64,000 nucleotides of DNA, from positions 27,360,871 through 27,424,870 of the forward strand of contig NC_092676.1 in assembly GCF_964355755.1 (NCBI RefSeq), in the 5' to 3' direction. This DNA is from Antedon mediterranea. Lineage: Eukaryota > Animalia > Echinodermata. The notes beneath the pieces were generated by a model. The model saw nothing but the letters and a program-made list of their open reading frames with translations, did not search any database and was not told the origin of the DNA. Positions within the stretch are counted from its first letter, which is position 1. Each line of letters starts with the position of its first letter. This document shows, one piece after another, positions 1 through 11,181 of this stretch. The translations under genes were made by a program, and so were the position numbers.

Positions 1-355
1 CTTTCTAGCCACACCCATCACATTAACGCGCCAGAGTGACTATCATTTCCATACATTAATATGTACGTAGATAATTGCAACAGGCATAAAATTGGTTAAC
101 TTCCAGCTATGCTGACCCCTCTGGGCTCCTGACAATGAAATTTATCGCATGACAGTCCAATTGATATACATTAAAAGATCATTATCCAACTACTCATCTT
201 CCTATCTATCTATAATATGCAGAACATCATCTACACTAATATAATCAAACATCGTATACTCTATCCGTATACTCTCTAACCAATATTTCAATCTTTCTTT
301 CGACTGAAGCCGAAGTACAGTATAAGTCTAGTCGTATCTCGGGACCATTCTATAG

Positions 356-677
356 CAAAGAACTTATAACACAAGAATCTCCTGTTCTTCAATTTGCATT
401 CAAAACACAGTATCGGAAGTACAGGGTTAAAAGGTCAAACTGGGCGACGCCATTTCACAGCATGGAGCAGCGCCCCCTCCAAACTAGGAAGTCAATTACT
501 CTACCCCCTAGAGTATTAGCAGATCCCCTCTATGATTTTGACTTTCTAATTTGATGCGGGCGCCCTACTCCATGGCTCACAATGGCGCCACCCATAGCTC
601 TATTCTATCCCACAATGCCTTTCGAAATTGTTACGCGCTTCGGACGAACAGGAGATTCTTGTGTTATAAGTTCTTTG
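356..677. mobile_element. P-superfamily-like MITE (322 bp)
   Basis: Perfect 32-bp TIR (CAAAGAACTTATAACACAAGAATCTCCTGTTC and its reverse complement at 646-677). 7-bp TSD TCTATAG at 349-355 and 678-684. Absent at the homologous site in the other units (e.g. ~12130). Confidence 0.85.
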
Positions 678-805
678 TCTATAGTCACCACTAGGTAGGC
701 TTACTTCATCATATCAAGGCTTCTATGAATGGATGACTAGTTGGGAGCAGGAACGCTAGGTAGACCAAACCATGAATAACCAAACCCACCGTTTTACGAT
801 CATTC

Positions 806-816
806 GGGAAATTCCC
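806..816. promoter_or_regulatory. NF-kB consensus site GGGAAATTCCC (also 12274-12284, 18449-18459, 24842-24852)
   Basis: Exact kB consensus at the same position upstream of each duplicated TRIM unit; function not shown. Confidence 0.45.
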
Positions 817-881
817 TCACGATATATTCAAACGTTGAGAGCGCTCTACTCCATGGAGAGATTTTTTTTTTTTTTTTTGCA

Positions 882-2897
882 TCTCCGTATTTTGATTTCA
901 CACTTGTTTTTTAAGATGTTATACGTGTGAATACAACTTACAGAGATCTTTTTTTTTGCATTTAAATATGTTGCTGTATGTTTATTATCTACGGAAGCCC
1001 GTTTGGGCCACAAGTTAACTATATTTAAAAAGCTGCCACTTAATTATCTGGCGGCCGCCACTTAATTATCTGGCGGCCGCCACTTAATTATCTGGCGGCC
1101 GCCACTTAATTATCTGGCGGCCGCCACTTAATTATCTGGCGGCCGCCACTTAATTATCTGGCGGCCGCCACTTAATTATCTGGCGGCCGCCACTTAATTA
1201 TCTGGCGGCCGCCACTTAATTATCTGGCGGCCGCCACTTAATTATCTGGCGGCCGCCACTTAATAATTAGTACATGTCCCGTCACGTGACATGTACGTGC
1301 ATTGGATCAGAGGTGATGTTGCATATGGAACGCCATCGCTGCCTCCAGCAGTATCCGTATATTTAGTGTGGTTGTTGAATCAACAGTACTATGTAAAGAA
1401 AAATATAACAAGTAAAATAAATATTTCATTTAACCAATTATGAACCACTAAACAAAAAAATCATGCCGCAACGTATCGTAGACGCAACATAAGAAAATAC
1501 TCTTCTATCTATTTTGCATCCCCTCTTACGATCGATAATCAATGACGAACGTAAAACAGAAACGGTTTTGAACACGTCGGTTCCTTATTGTGATGGCACG
1601 TTCTTACGGCGCACTTTGCGTCAATCTGAAAACCAATTTCAGCTCTTAAAATATTTCCCGGGCCAAATTTGACAGTTCGTCCCAATAGCTTATCATGAAC
1701 TAACGGAACTTTACGTTTTATCTTTTTATTGTCAAAATAAAAAATAATGGGTCTACTGTATTCAAATTATGATTTGACAAAAGGCTAAATATAAAGATTA
1801 GCATCTGCGTATTCTGCAAATGTTGCTCGATCGTTAACAACCCGTTAATAGTATATAATTTCGTTAGATTTGTTTGTGCAGTGTCAATTCTCTATTTAAA
1901 TGGTCATTACACAACCGGTAACCTGTTTCTTCCAAAGCTGCCCGTCCTTCAATGTTTAAAGATTTTTATTTTCTTTAGGTACTCATGGCAGGGATAATGC
2001 AAACATTTAAAATCGGGATGTCGACAATCTGTTGAAAATCGTCATCCACAGGCCTGTGCGATAGAAAGTTGGTGGTTGGTGGTTAAGCCCGATAAAAATT
2101 CACCATCATCATTAAAGGTTTATAGAGCATATCACTTGTTTGTATTCATCACGGGTGCTTGAAAACAAGTCACTTTTTTTGTTTTAACTTTGACAGATGA
2201 TGAAGACATTTAGTGGTTGCCGGAACTGGAACTTATTAAACATGTCTTTTGACAATGTCGGTAATACCACCGATATGAGTAAACACCCGTTTTAAATTTG
2301 AAAAATAAATTAAAGGTGAACACTATCGTCACATTGCAACCGTAAACAAATCGGAACATTGTAATTTTGGCGCGCATATGTTGAATAGCTTTTGTCTTGT
2401 GAACGTTGACATAATGGCATGAAAATAATAAGATTTTTCGGAATTATGGAAGCCGTTACGAATGTTTACCAATTATGCGCGCAGTTATCATTAAATGAAA
2501 CAGATATGTCGCAGGAAACGATCGATTTATAATAAAAATTTGCAGAGCGGATACCTATCGTTCGTTCATTTTAGCTTTTTGTCAAATCATAATTTGAATA
2601 TATTCTGTCAAATTTGGCCCGGGAAATATTTTAAGAGCAGAAATTTCCATATCGTCGACGCAAAGTGGGCCGTAAGAACAACCTTGCGTGTCATTACAAG
2701 TGGGAACCGACGACGGAACACGGTGCCGTAGAGTTGTTCAACACCGTTTCTGCTTTATGTTCTTCATTGATTATCGATCGTAAGATTAGATAAAAGGCAA
2801 ATATTATAAATAATAAACATATAGCAAAAGGATCTCTGTAAGTTGTATTCACGCGTATAACATTTTTAAAAACCAGTGTGAAATTTAAATACGGACA
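882..2897. mobile_element. Non-autonomous fold-back DNA element with long imperfect TIRs (copies at 12345-14182, 18520-20355, 24913-26728)
   Basis: 885-950 is the reverse complement of 2831-2895, and 1524-1823 is the reverse complement of ~2537-2785. No credible ORF. Confidence 0.7.
1034..1263. repeat. 22-bp minisatellite, ~10.5 copies (GCCACTTAATTATCTGGCGGCC)
   Basis: Perfect tandem copies, each with the palindrome TGGCGGCCGCCA, inside a ~350-bp segment (991-1345) absent from the other units. Confidence 0.95.
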
Positions 2898-3275
2898 CTT
2901 TTTATATAGGCTCTTAAAATTAGCCTAAATAGTCCTACCGCCATCCTTTACTTCTTAAAATTTACTATTTTATGTAGTTTATTTCTATACTTTGGATATA
3001 GTTTTAAATTGTCGGGCGACGTGTGCTATAAAGTTATCGGAACAAAGTGATATTAATTAATATTGCAATCAATTCAATGCTCTGCGTCCGTCGCCTTGCA
3101 AATAGCGTGATGTGTGTGTTCGTAAACCATATTGCATCCATTGGCGAAAACGCGTGAGGTTATTCGTAGATAAAGTCATGTTTTTTTGAAAACTTAACGA
3201 TTGAAATCGAAATATTTTTATAGAATCTGTAAATTCAAGGTGTTATCACGATTTTGTATGATTTTGGTCGGATTT

Positions 3276-6000
3276 CAATTCAATTCATCGACATTTTTAT
3301 TCCATAATCAAAATAAAAACATATACAAATACAATACAAATAATAAGATAATGGAATGGGATACAAAATAAGCACAAGTGCTTTAAGCATGTAACCCTAA
3401 CAAAAAGATCAAACAATTAGTACAAACAAAAAGAACAAACCAAAATAACATAATGTGATTTACTTAACTTAAATATTTCTATTGTTATAATATTGCTTTA
3501 ATCTCTGTTTAAACAAACTTAAAGTGGGGGATTGTTTTATATAGTCTGTTAAATTGTTCCAAATATGTGTTCCTTGGTAGGAAATACATTGCTGTCCGAC
3601 TTTGGTGCGTTTTAGTTGTGGACAGTAGTTTGACCTGTTTCTAGTTGAGTAATTATGGAATGAGGCAGATGTACTAAATAAGTTATTAAATGATTCAGGT
3701 AATAGATTATGTTTATATTGATACATAAATATAGCAGTGTGTTTCGTATAAAGGTCAAAAATATTTAATGTTTGGGTTGAAATAAAAAGTGGATGAGAAG
3801 GATGCATAAAATGAACATGACAAATATTTCTAAGTGCTTTTTTCTGGAGAATATGTATACGGTTTAAGTTTGTAGCAGAAGTAGCACCCCATACTGTGAT
3901 AGCATACGTTATTCTAGGTAATATAAGTGCATTGTATACCGTTAACAAGATTTTACTTGATAACATAGACTTCACTTTGTTTAAGACACCAATTATTCTA
4001 GAAATACTGTTTGCTACCTCATTTACATGAAAATTAAACAATAAAGTTTCATCCAGAAATAAGCCTAGAAATTTAACTTCAGTAGCTTTTACTATACATT
4101 CATTTCCCATCCTCAATTCTAGTGAGGTAGTGTCAGCTGACTTATTTCTAGCCTTAAATATAACATATTTTGATTTGTTTACATTTAGCGTTAATTTGTT
4201 AGCAATAAACCAGTCCGAAAGTATAGATAACTCCTGGTTCATTGTATCAAAAGCTTGAGTAATATCATTGTGACTACAAAACACATTTGTGTCATCTGCA
4301 TACATAATCATGTCTACATGGTTACATGCTAGACTAATATCATTAATGAATATAAGAAATAATAATGGACCCAATATGGATCCCTGAGGAACTCCAGTGT
4401 TTACTGTCATTTTACTAGATGCAGTATTAACAATAAATGTGTATTGTAGTCTTTTTTTAAGATAGTTTGAGAACCAGTTTAGCGGAACTCCTCTTATACC
4501 ATAAAATCTTAACTTATCTAATAATACATCATGATCGATTGTATCAAACGCTTTTGATAAATCAAGGAAAACTCCTAGTGTGAACTCTTTATTCTCAATA
4601 GCGTTTGTGATTTTTTCAATCGATTGTATTAAAGCATGACTAGTTGAATGGTGTTGTCTAAATCCATACTGTGTTTTACTCAGTACGTTATATTTTGAGA
4701 GGTAACAAATCGTTTGATCATACACAATCCTCTCAAATATTTTGGAAAAAAAGGGTAAAATGGAAATAGGCCGATAATTATTTATATCGGAGATGTCACC
4801 ATTCTTAAATACCGGGATAACTTTAGCAATTTTTATATCAGCCGGGACACAGCCCGATGATAATGACGTATTAATAATATGCAATAAAGGTTTTAAAATA
4901 AACGGGGAAGCAGATTTTATGAGTTGGGCACTTATACCATCATGGCCAGGAGAAGTATTCTTTGTGTTTTTAATATAGTGGTTAAGTTCATGTTCAGTAA
5001 CAGGCTTAAAAAACATTGAAGAGGTAAAATTTCCCTTTAAGAAAGTTCTGTGGGTGATTTCTTCATTTTGAGATTCATGCCTAAATTTATTATTTAGTTT
5101 TTCTCCAATATTAATAAAAAAAGAGTTGAATGCATCAGCTTTCTCATCATTATCAGAGAAAGTCTCAGTACCCAATTTTATTTTTGTAGGCAAATTGGTA
5201 GTCTTTTTCCTACCCATTATATCATTTAGGATTGTCCACGTTTTTTTAATATCTTGTTTATTTCGTTCAAACTGGACCATATAATATTCTTTTTTCCGAT
5301 TTCTAATAGTAGTGGTTAACTTGTTTCTAAAATGTATGTACGTACTTTTATTAGTAGTGGTGTTATTTTGTTTGTACTTTTTATATAATTTATGTTTTTG
5401 AGAGATAGCTCTGGCAATTTCAGCTGTGATCCAAGGAGATTTTAACTTGTTCGCCTTATTTCTAATTCGTTTTAAAGGGAAACAATTATCAATTGTTTTA
5501 TTTAAAGTGTTTGTAAAATTTTGATAAGCAACATTCGCATTATTTGAGAATAGCACATCATTCCACTGATTACTTTGTAATTCTTGCAAAAAATACTCCG
5601 TTTGTTGAGGAGAGTATTGTCGTTTATATACAAATCGAGGATATTGCTTATTATGTTTTTCCAAAGTATCTACACAGAATATTGGGAAGTGATCAGAAAT
5701 ATCAGTAATAAGTATTCCACTTTTAAGGGACGTAGTAAAAGAATCGATGTTGCAATAAATGTTATCAATTATTGAAGCACAATTATCGGATATTCTAGTA
5801 GGACTTTTTATGATTGGCTGAAATGACTGAGAAAATATTGTGTCTAAGTGTGATTGGATAGTGTTGTCGGTAGATTGTTGGAGTAAGTTTATGTTATAGT
5901 CTCCCACAAGGTAAGCTTTCTTTTTTTCTAGATTAATCATTTGCATTACACATGTTAATTCATCATCAAACTTTTGCAAGGAACGTGAGGGTGGTCTATA
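3276..6000 (-). mobile_element. 5'-truncated CR1-group (L2/Crack-like) non-LTR retrotransposon
   Basis: Boundaries from the empty site GGATTTTGTGTACAC in other units (~14556). Short (ATTGA)n-type 3' tail at 3276-3287. No TSD. Confidence 0.9.
3469..6000 (-). CDS. LINE ORF2: partial APE endonuclease plus reverse transcriptase, uninterrupted
   Basis: YRPP, GDYN, PTRI, SDH endonuclease motifs; YRPISIL, QYGF, FLDLSKAFD, GVPQGSILGP, YADD RT motifs. Confidence 0.93.
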   Translation of the reverse strand, partial: YRPPSRSLQKFDDELTCVMQMINLEKKKAYLVGDYNINLLQQSTDNTIQSHLDTIFSQSFQPIIKSPTRISDNCASIIDNIYCNIDSFTTSLKSGILITDISDHFPIFCVDTLEKHNKQYPRFVYKRQYSPQQTEYFLQELQSNQWNDVLFSNNANVAYQNFTNTLNKTIDNCFPLKRIRNKANKLKSPWITAEIARAISQKHKLYKKYKQNNTTTNKSTYIHFRNKLTTTIRNRKKEYYMVQFERNKQDIKKTWTILNDIMGRKKTTNLPTKIKLGTETFSDNDEKADAFNSFFINIGEKLNNKFRHESQNEEITHRTFLKGNFTSSMFFKPVTEHELNHYIKNTKNTSPGHDGISAQLIKSASPFILKPLLHIINTSLSSGCVPADIKIAKVIPVFKNGDISDINNYRPISILPFFSKIFERIVYDQTICYLSKYNVLSKTQYGFRQHHSTSHALIQSIEKITNAIENKEFTLGVFLDLSKAFDTIDHDVLLDKLRFYGIRGVPLNWFSNYLKKRLQYTFIVNTASSKMTVNTGVPQGSILGPLLFLIFINDISLACNHVDMIMYADDTNVFCSHNDITQAFDTMNQELSILSDWFIANKLTLNVNKSKYVIFKARNKSADTTSLELRMGNECIVKATEVKFLGLFLDETLLFNFHVNEVANSISRIIGVLNKVKSMLSSKILLTVYNALILPRITYAITVWGATSATNLNRIHILQKKALRNICHVHFMHPSHPLFISTQTLNIFDLYTKHTAIFMYQYKHNLLPESFNNLFSTSASFHNYSTRNRSNYCPQLKRTKVGQQCISYQGTHIWNNLTDYIKQSPTLSLFKQRLKQYYNNRNI

Positions 6001-6164
6001 GTGTACACTACCATTTCGTAGGGTCTTCGATTTCGAGATCTTCGCTTTCGACACCGTTCGCAGTTTGATGTACATACTGACTGCCAGTGATCTCAACCGC
6101 CTGATCTAAACAATAGGTACGCGGTTGTCTGGTGGTGTCCTTTGAACGAATTCGTTCGTATGAT

Positions 6165-7005
6165 CAAAGAATATAATATCACAAGAATGAGTAATCCGCG
6201 ATTTTCCCTGTAACAGTAATATTGTCCATGTGGTAGGGCGCCGCCATAAGTGAGGATGTATCTGGGATGTATACAACTTTTTGTGACGGTTTCACTAATC
6301 AAAGGCTGGACCACCGGTAGTATTTTCATGATAAAAAATGTTATCAACTACATGCTAACATCATGTTAAATGCTGTTTGGATATTTAATTGTTCGTTTTA
6401 TGCAATTTATTGAGTAAAAACTGCCGTATAAACAGTTTGCTTTATCAACCGGGTGCTGCTACGATAGCGTGACCGGGCGTGTTGGCGTTTACGCGTTTTC
6501 CCGAAGGATAGTTTAATAATATTCCTATATTTAACTTGTTTCTGGTAAAACAAATAAATGTTAATGACATTTAACATTTTATCCTATTATTAACATGTAT
6601 TTTATACTAATATATCATAAAAACAATACTTAATTTACCGGGCGTTGAGTAATACGCGGCAAATGGTAAAGAATATAGGCCGTGCTGAGTAACGATTCGT
6701 TGATTTTTGGTGTTGCTGTGTTAGGCCTTTTTTGTGAACTAATTTAGCATGTTAGTAAATAATTTTCTGTAAAAGTGAATGTACACTAGTTTGTTAATAA
6801 ATATGTATTATGAAATGGTTTACAATTGCAAAATATATTATATTTCTATTTAATGTGACATGTATAATATCTATTAAATCAAGTCTTATTTAGTATGTAT
6901 ACATCCGCCCTTATGAGGGCGGGCATCACTCTCTGGAGCGCTCTGTTACAAATTTCTCATGCAAAAATCGCGGAATACTCATTCTTGTGATAATTATATT
7001 CTTTG
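6165..7005. mobile_element. P-superfamily-like non-autonomous element (841 bp); right-truncated copies at 14726-14993 and 20899-21166
   Basis: TIR CAAAGAATATAATATCACAAGAATGAGT with a near-perfect inverse ending at 7005. 7-bp TSD GTATGAT at 6158-6164 and 7006-7012. Absent from the D-type spacer (~27240). Confidence 0.85.
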
Positions 7006-8219
7006 GTATGATACACGCGTCAATATCATGTTACATCTCCACCGACCAAAAATTCGTATTTATTTTTTAAATGAAAATTGGCAATTCATTTGCAACTTTT
7101 AGAACATTACCAACACTATTGCTCGACGTACGCTCATACAGGGAAGAAGTGAATACGAGTTTAGGAATTTTTAAATTTACGAATAACCTTTTGTACTGTG
7201 AGGCACGTATTTGGAGGATTTTTAGAGATGAGGGAGGGTATATTGGGGATGGGGTTCGCAGTCGAAAAGCAGAACAACCCCCCCCCCCCCTGTAATAATG
7301 AAAAACTAAGTTGTAAATTGAGTTTTGATTTTTAGACTTTATTTTAATTTATTACACTAAAGCCAAAGCATTATTTGCATGTTCAAGGAATATACAATGT
7401 AATCATCATAATTTTTTCTCTAAGTTCAGTATTGTAACATTATTTGATGCTATAGAATCATCAAACACCAACAACATTTTTACATTTTCTGTTTCTGTGT
7501 AAAATGTTGCATTTTTTCCTTTTCACTTGCACTTGACTTAAGATTGTTATTATACACTATATATATATATATATATTTTTTACATGATTTTTTTTGTTTA
7601 CATTTTACAGTATACAGTAGGTAACAACGGACTGCATTGTGTTTTCTCATAAGATATTCTCTCTTGTCACCTAGCAACAGATAGAAGGTACTGTTCACAT
7701 TAGGTAAGGTGTTTTCTAGAAAATAATAGAATTTATTTTTAAATTGTTGCTAAATTAAACTATGTAAACACTGTCTTAGTTGTATTTTTCATAATTAGGA
7801 ATTACATGCAATATACAAAAAAAATACGTATAATGATAATTAAAGGATAAATACATTTTAATCATTTTAATTTATGCTTAAACAAATTTTAATGGAAATA
7901 TTATATACATGTAATTTATATACATGGGAAGAGTCGTTTGTTCAATTTTAGTAATTAAACATTTTGTTGCTACAGCAACCATACATGGGTTATATGAAAA
8001 ATATGTAATGTAATAATATAAAAATACACATTGAATGATTAGATTAAGAAACTAAAGATATTATTTATATTTTTTCATTTATTATGAATTAGGCAAAAAT
8101 GGACCACATTCAGATTTGTACAACATTTATAATTTGATTTAATAAATTGAATATTTCAATTTATATAGGAAATACTTTATATAATTAATGTATATACATG
8201 GGGAAGGGTAGACTTGCTT

Positions 8220-11180
8220 TTAATAATTAAACATTTTGATTGTGCTATCACTGTAATGTGCTACAGCAACCATACATGGGTTATGAGAAATGATACATAA
8301 CTGCTGTGGTGAACTAATTCCATCTTCTTGTTTATCAATTCTTTTGATAAAATGTCCATCACTACTGAATAGTTGTAGTTTGTGGTAACTTGCTATGATG
8401 ATGTTATCATCCTCATCAACTACAACTCCACCTGGGTACTTCACTTTACCATCTTTAACTCCTTCATTGATGAGTACTTTCATTGACTTGTCCTTGTCAT
8501 CATACAATAATACTTGATGCTGTGCTGCATGTGCTACAAGTACTTTACCAGTTTTTGTAAGTGTAACATCATAGTATCCACAATAATATGATTCCTTTTG
8601 TGATCCTATCTTCTTCAACTGCTTACCACTATTAATGTCAAACATGAACACACATTCAATGTGCCAATCTGCTACATATACAACATTATTTGCCTCATCT
8701 ATGTGAATACCCCATGGATTCATCAATACACCCTTACCAATGGATTTGATGACATGACCATTCATATCACATACTTGAATGCATTTATTACCAAAATCAC
8801 TGAATGCTATGTTGCCATTCTTCATTCTGTACATTCTGTAAACCATCACATCTTCTGGTAGTGTAATCTTGCGTATACTTTCTCCTGATTGGTTGTACTT
8901 GTGAATTTCATTTGTGTTAAATGAAACCAGCAAGCAATCATCATCACACTTTACTACTCCTCTAGGTTTATCCTCTACTTTGATAGTATGTGATTTGAGT
9001 ACAACATTTCCAATGTCATTTTCTTTCAATAAATCAATTGGATGTTGGTTTCTTATAAAGTTAATTTGTCTACTTGTTCTGACTTGCTTGATTTCTTCAG
9101 ATTTATTAATTTCATCCATCAATTTATTTAATACAATCTCACTTGATTTCATAGCAGTTGCTGTCTCACTCTTTAGTAACTGATTTAGGGAACTCATATT
9201 TATGTTTAATTCAGCGTTGATCTTTTTTAATTTTGTAATTTGTACATCATTAACTTTCTTTTCATTTTCATAATTTTCTTCAACTTTTTTCTTCATTTCA
9301 TCTGCTTTTTTCTGGATTATTAAAAACATTTCTTGAACTTGGTTATCAATATCTGTGAGACTTGCATCTTTACTTTCTTCTAGTTCTTTAGCATTCTTTC
9401 TGACTATTTTGAGTACATTTTCTATTTTTTGTATCGATTCATTGGCAGCTTTCTTTAAGTCTTCTGATGTTTCGTTAAACGTATTAAATGCTGTAACAAT
9501 GTTAATTAGTTCATGTTTTCCATCGCCTGCGGCATGTTCCATTGCAGTGCATTCTATGCATATTGGTACTTTACATTTTGTACAATACATTTTCAATGGT
9601 TGATCATGAGAGGCACACAGAGAGGTACTACTGAATAGTTGTAGTTTGTCTATACTTGCTATGATGATGTTATCATCTTCATCAACTACAACTCCTTTTG
9701 GCCACCTCACTTTACCATCTTCATCTCCTTTATTGATGAGTACTTTCATTGACTTGTTCTTGTCATCATACAATAATACTTGATGGTTTCTTGCATCTGA
9801 TACAAGTACTTTACCAGTTTTTGTAAGTGCAATATCAGAGTATCTATGTTCTTTATTTTGTGTTCCTATCTTCTTCAACACACCATTAATTATGTCAAAC
9901 ATAAACACACAGTTAATGTGCAAATCTGCTACATACATAACATTAGTTGCCTCATCTATGTGAATACCCCATGGATTCATCAATACACCCTTACCAATGG
10001 ATTTGATGACATGACCATTCATATCACATACTTGAATGCATTTATTACCAAAATCACTGAATGCTATGTTGCCATTCTTCATTCTGTACATTCTGTTAAT
10101 CATCACACCTTCTGGTAGTGTAATCTTGCTTGTACATTCTCCTGATTGTTTGTACTTGTGAATTTCATTTTTGCGAAATGAAACCAGCAAGCAATCATCA
10201 TCACACTTTGCTACTCCTGTAGGTATACTCTCTACTTTGATAGTAAGTGGTTTGAATACAACATTTCCAATGTCAATTTCTTTCAATAAATCAAATGGCT
10301 GTTTGTTTCTGATAAAGTTAATTTGTCTAGTAGTATTGACTTGCTTGATTTCTTCAGATTTATTAATTTCATCCATCATTTTGTTTAATACAATCTCACT
10401 TGATTTCATAGCAGTTGCTGTCTCACTCTTTAGTAAATGATTTAGGGAACTCATATTTGTGTTTAATTCAGCATTGATTTTTGTTAATTTTGTAATTTGT
10501 AAGTCATTAACTTTCTTTTCATTTTTATAATTTGCTTCAACTTTTTTCTTCATTTCATCTGCTTTTTTCTGGATTATTAAAAACATTTCTTGAACTTGGT
10601 TATCAATATCTGTGAGACTTGCCTCTTTACTTTCTTCTAGTTCTTTAGCATTCTTTGTGACTATTTTGAGTGAATTTTCTATATTTTGTATCGATTCATT
10701 GGCAGCTTTCTTTAAGTCTTCTGATGTTTCCTTAAACGCATTAAATGCTGTTACAATGTTAATTAGTTCATGTTTTCCATCTCCTGCAGCATGTTCCATT
10801 TCAGTGCATTCTATGCATATTGGTACTTTACATTTTGTACAATACATTTTCAATTGTTGAGCATGAGAGACGCACAGAGAGGAAGTGCCTTTAACCTTCC
10901 TTTTCTGTTCATGTTGTTTCACAGTTTCCAGGAGGTTGTGAAGAAAAGTATTTGGGGCAAGTTTTTGAAGCCCTCCTACTGGAATAGGATACTCTTTGCG
11001 ACAAATAGGGCATGTTAGCTTGCCATGATTGGTACGAACCCATTTCTCCAAACACTTCAGACAGAAACTATGAAGGCATGAGCTAAGTGATTTTGGATCT
11101 TCTAGCCTTCCATTACAGACAGAACATTCTAGTACTTTCTCATCGATATCTCCAAGTAGACTAATGTCGTTGCTAGCCAT
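8220..11180 (-). CDS. TRIM-NHL copy A, 986 aa: RING-Bbox-CC-NHL(truncated)-Bbox-CC-NHL fusion
   Basis: C3HC4 RING (CSVC...CLHSFCLKC...CPIC), two B-box/coiled-coil/NHL modules, in-frame junction LQLFSS|TSLCASH at 9627/9626. Confidence 0.93.
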   Translation of the reverse strand: MASNDISLLGDIDEKVLECSVCNGRLEDPKSLSSCLHSFCLKCLEKWVRTNHGKLTCPICRKEYPIPVGGLQKLAPNTFLHNLLETVKQHEQKRKVKGTSSLCVSHAQQLKMYCTKCKVPICIECTEMEHAAGDGKHELINIVTAFNAFKETSEDLKKAANESIQNIENSLKIVTKNAKELEESKEASLTDIDNQVQEMFLIIQKKADEMKKKVEANYKNEKKVNDLQITKLTKINAELNTNMSSLNHLLKSETATAMKSSEIVLNKMMDEINKSEEIKQVNTTRQINFIRNKQPFDLLKEIDIGNVVFKPLTIKVESIPTGVAKCDDDCLLVSFRKNEIHKYKQSGECTSKITLPEGVMINRMYRMKNGNIAFSDFGNKCIQVCDMNGHVIKSIGKGVLMNPWGIHIDEATNVMYVADLHINCVFMFDIINGVLKKIGTQNKEHRYSDIALTKTGKVLVSDARNHQVLLYDDKNKSMKVLINKGDEDGKVRWPKGVVVDEDDNIIIASIDKLQLFSSTSLCASHDQPLKMYCTKCKVPICIECTAMEHAAGDGKHELINIVTAFNTFNETSEDLKKAANESIQKIENVLKIVRKNAKELEESKDASLTDIDNQVQEMFLIIQKKADEMKKKVEENYENEKKVNDVQITKLKKINAELNINMSSLNQLLKSETATAMKSSEIVLNKLMDEINKSEEIKQVRTSRQINFIRNQHPIDLLKENDIGNVVLKSHTIKVEDKPRGVVKCDDDCLLVSFNTNEIHKYNQSGESIRKITLPEDVMVYRMYRMKNGNIAFSDFGNKCIQVCDMNGHVIKSIGKGVLMNPWGIHIDEANNVVYVADWHIECVFMFDINSGKQLKKIGSQKESYYCGYYDVTLTKTGKVLVAHAAQHQVLLYDDKDKSMKVLINEGVKDGKVKYPGGVVVDEDDNIIIASYHKLQLFSSDGHFIKRIDKQEDGISSPQQLCIISHNPCMVAVAHYSDSTIKMFNY

Positions 11181-11181
11181 C

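Noticed and set aside
2495-2731. 78-aa ORF recurring in three spacers (also the 64-, 87- and 60-aa spacer ORFs)
   Set aside because: Conservation reflects recent duplication. They lie in non-coding or TE sequence, have no recognisable domain, and are disrupted in the diverged copies.
8661-11018. Plus-strand ORFs overlapping TRIM genes
   Set aside because: Antisense shadows of the TRIM coding sequence.
3469-11180. Diversity-generating retroelement (RT next to variable genes)
   Set aside because: The RT is an ordinary APE-type LINE inserted in one unit only, and TRIM variation is not adenine-restricted relative to a template repeat.
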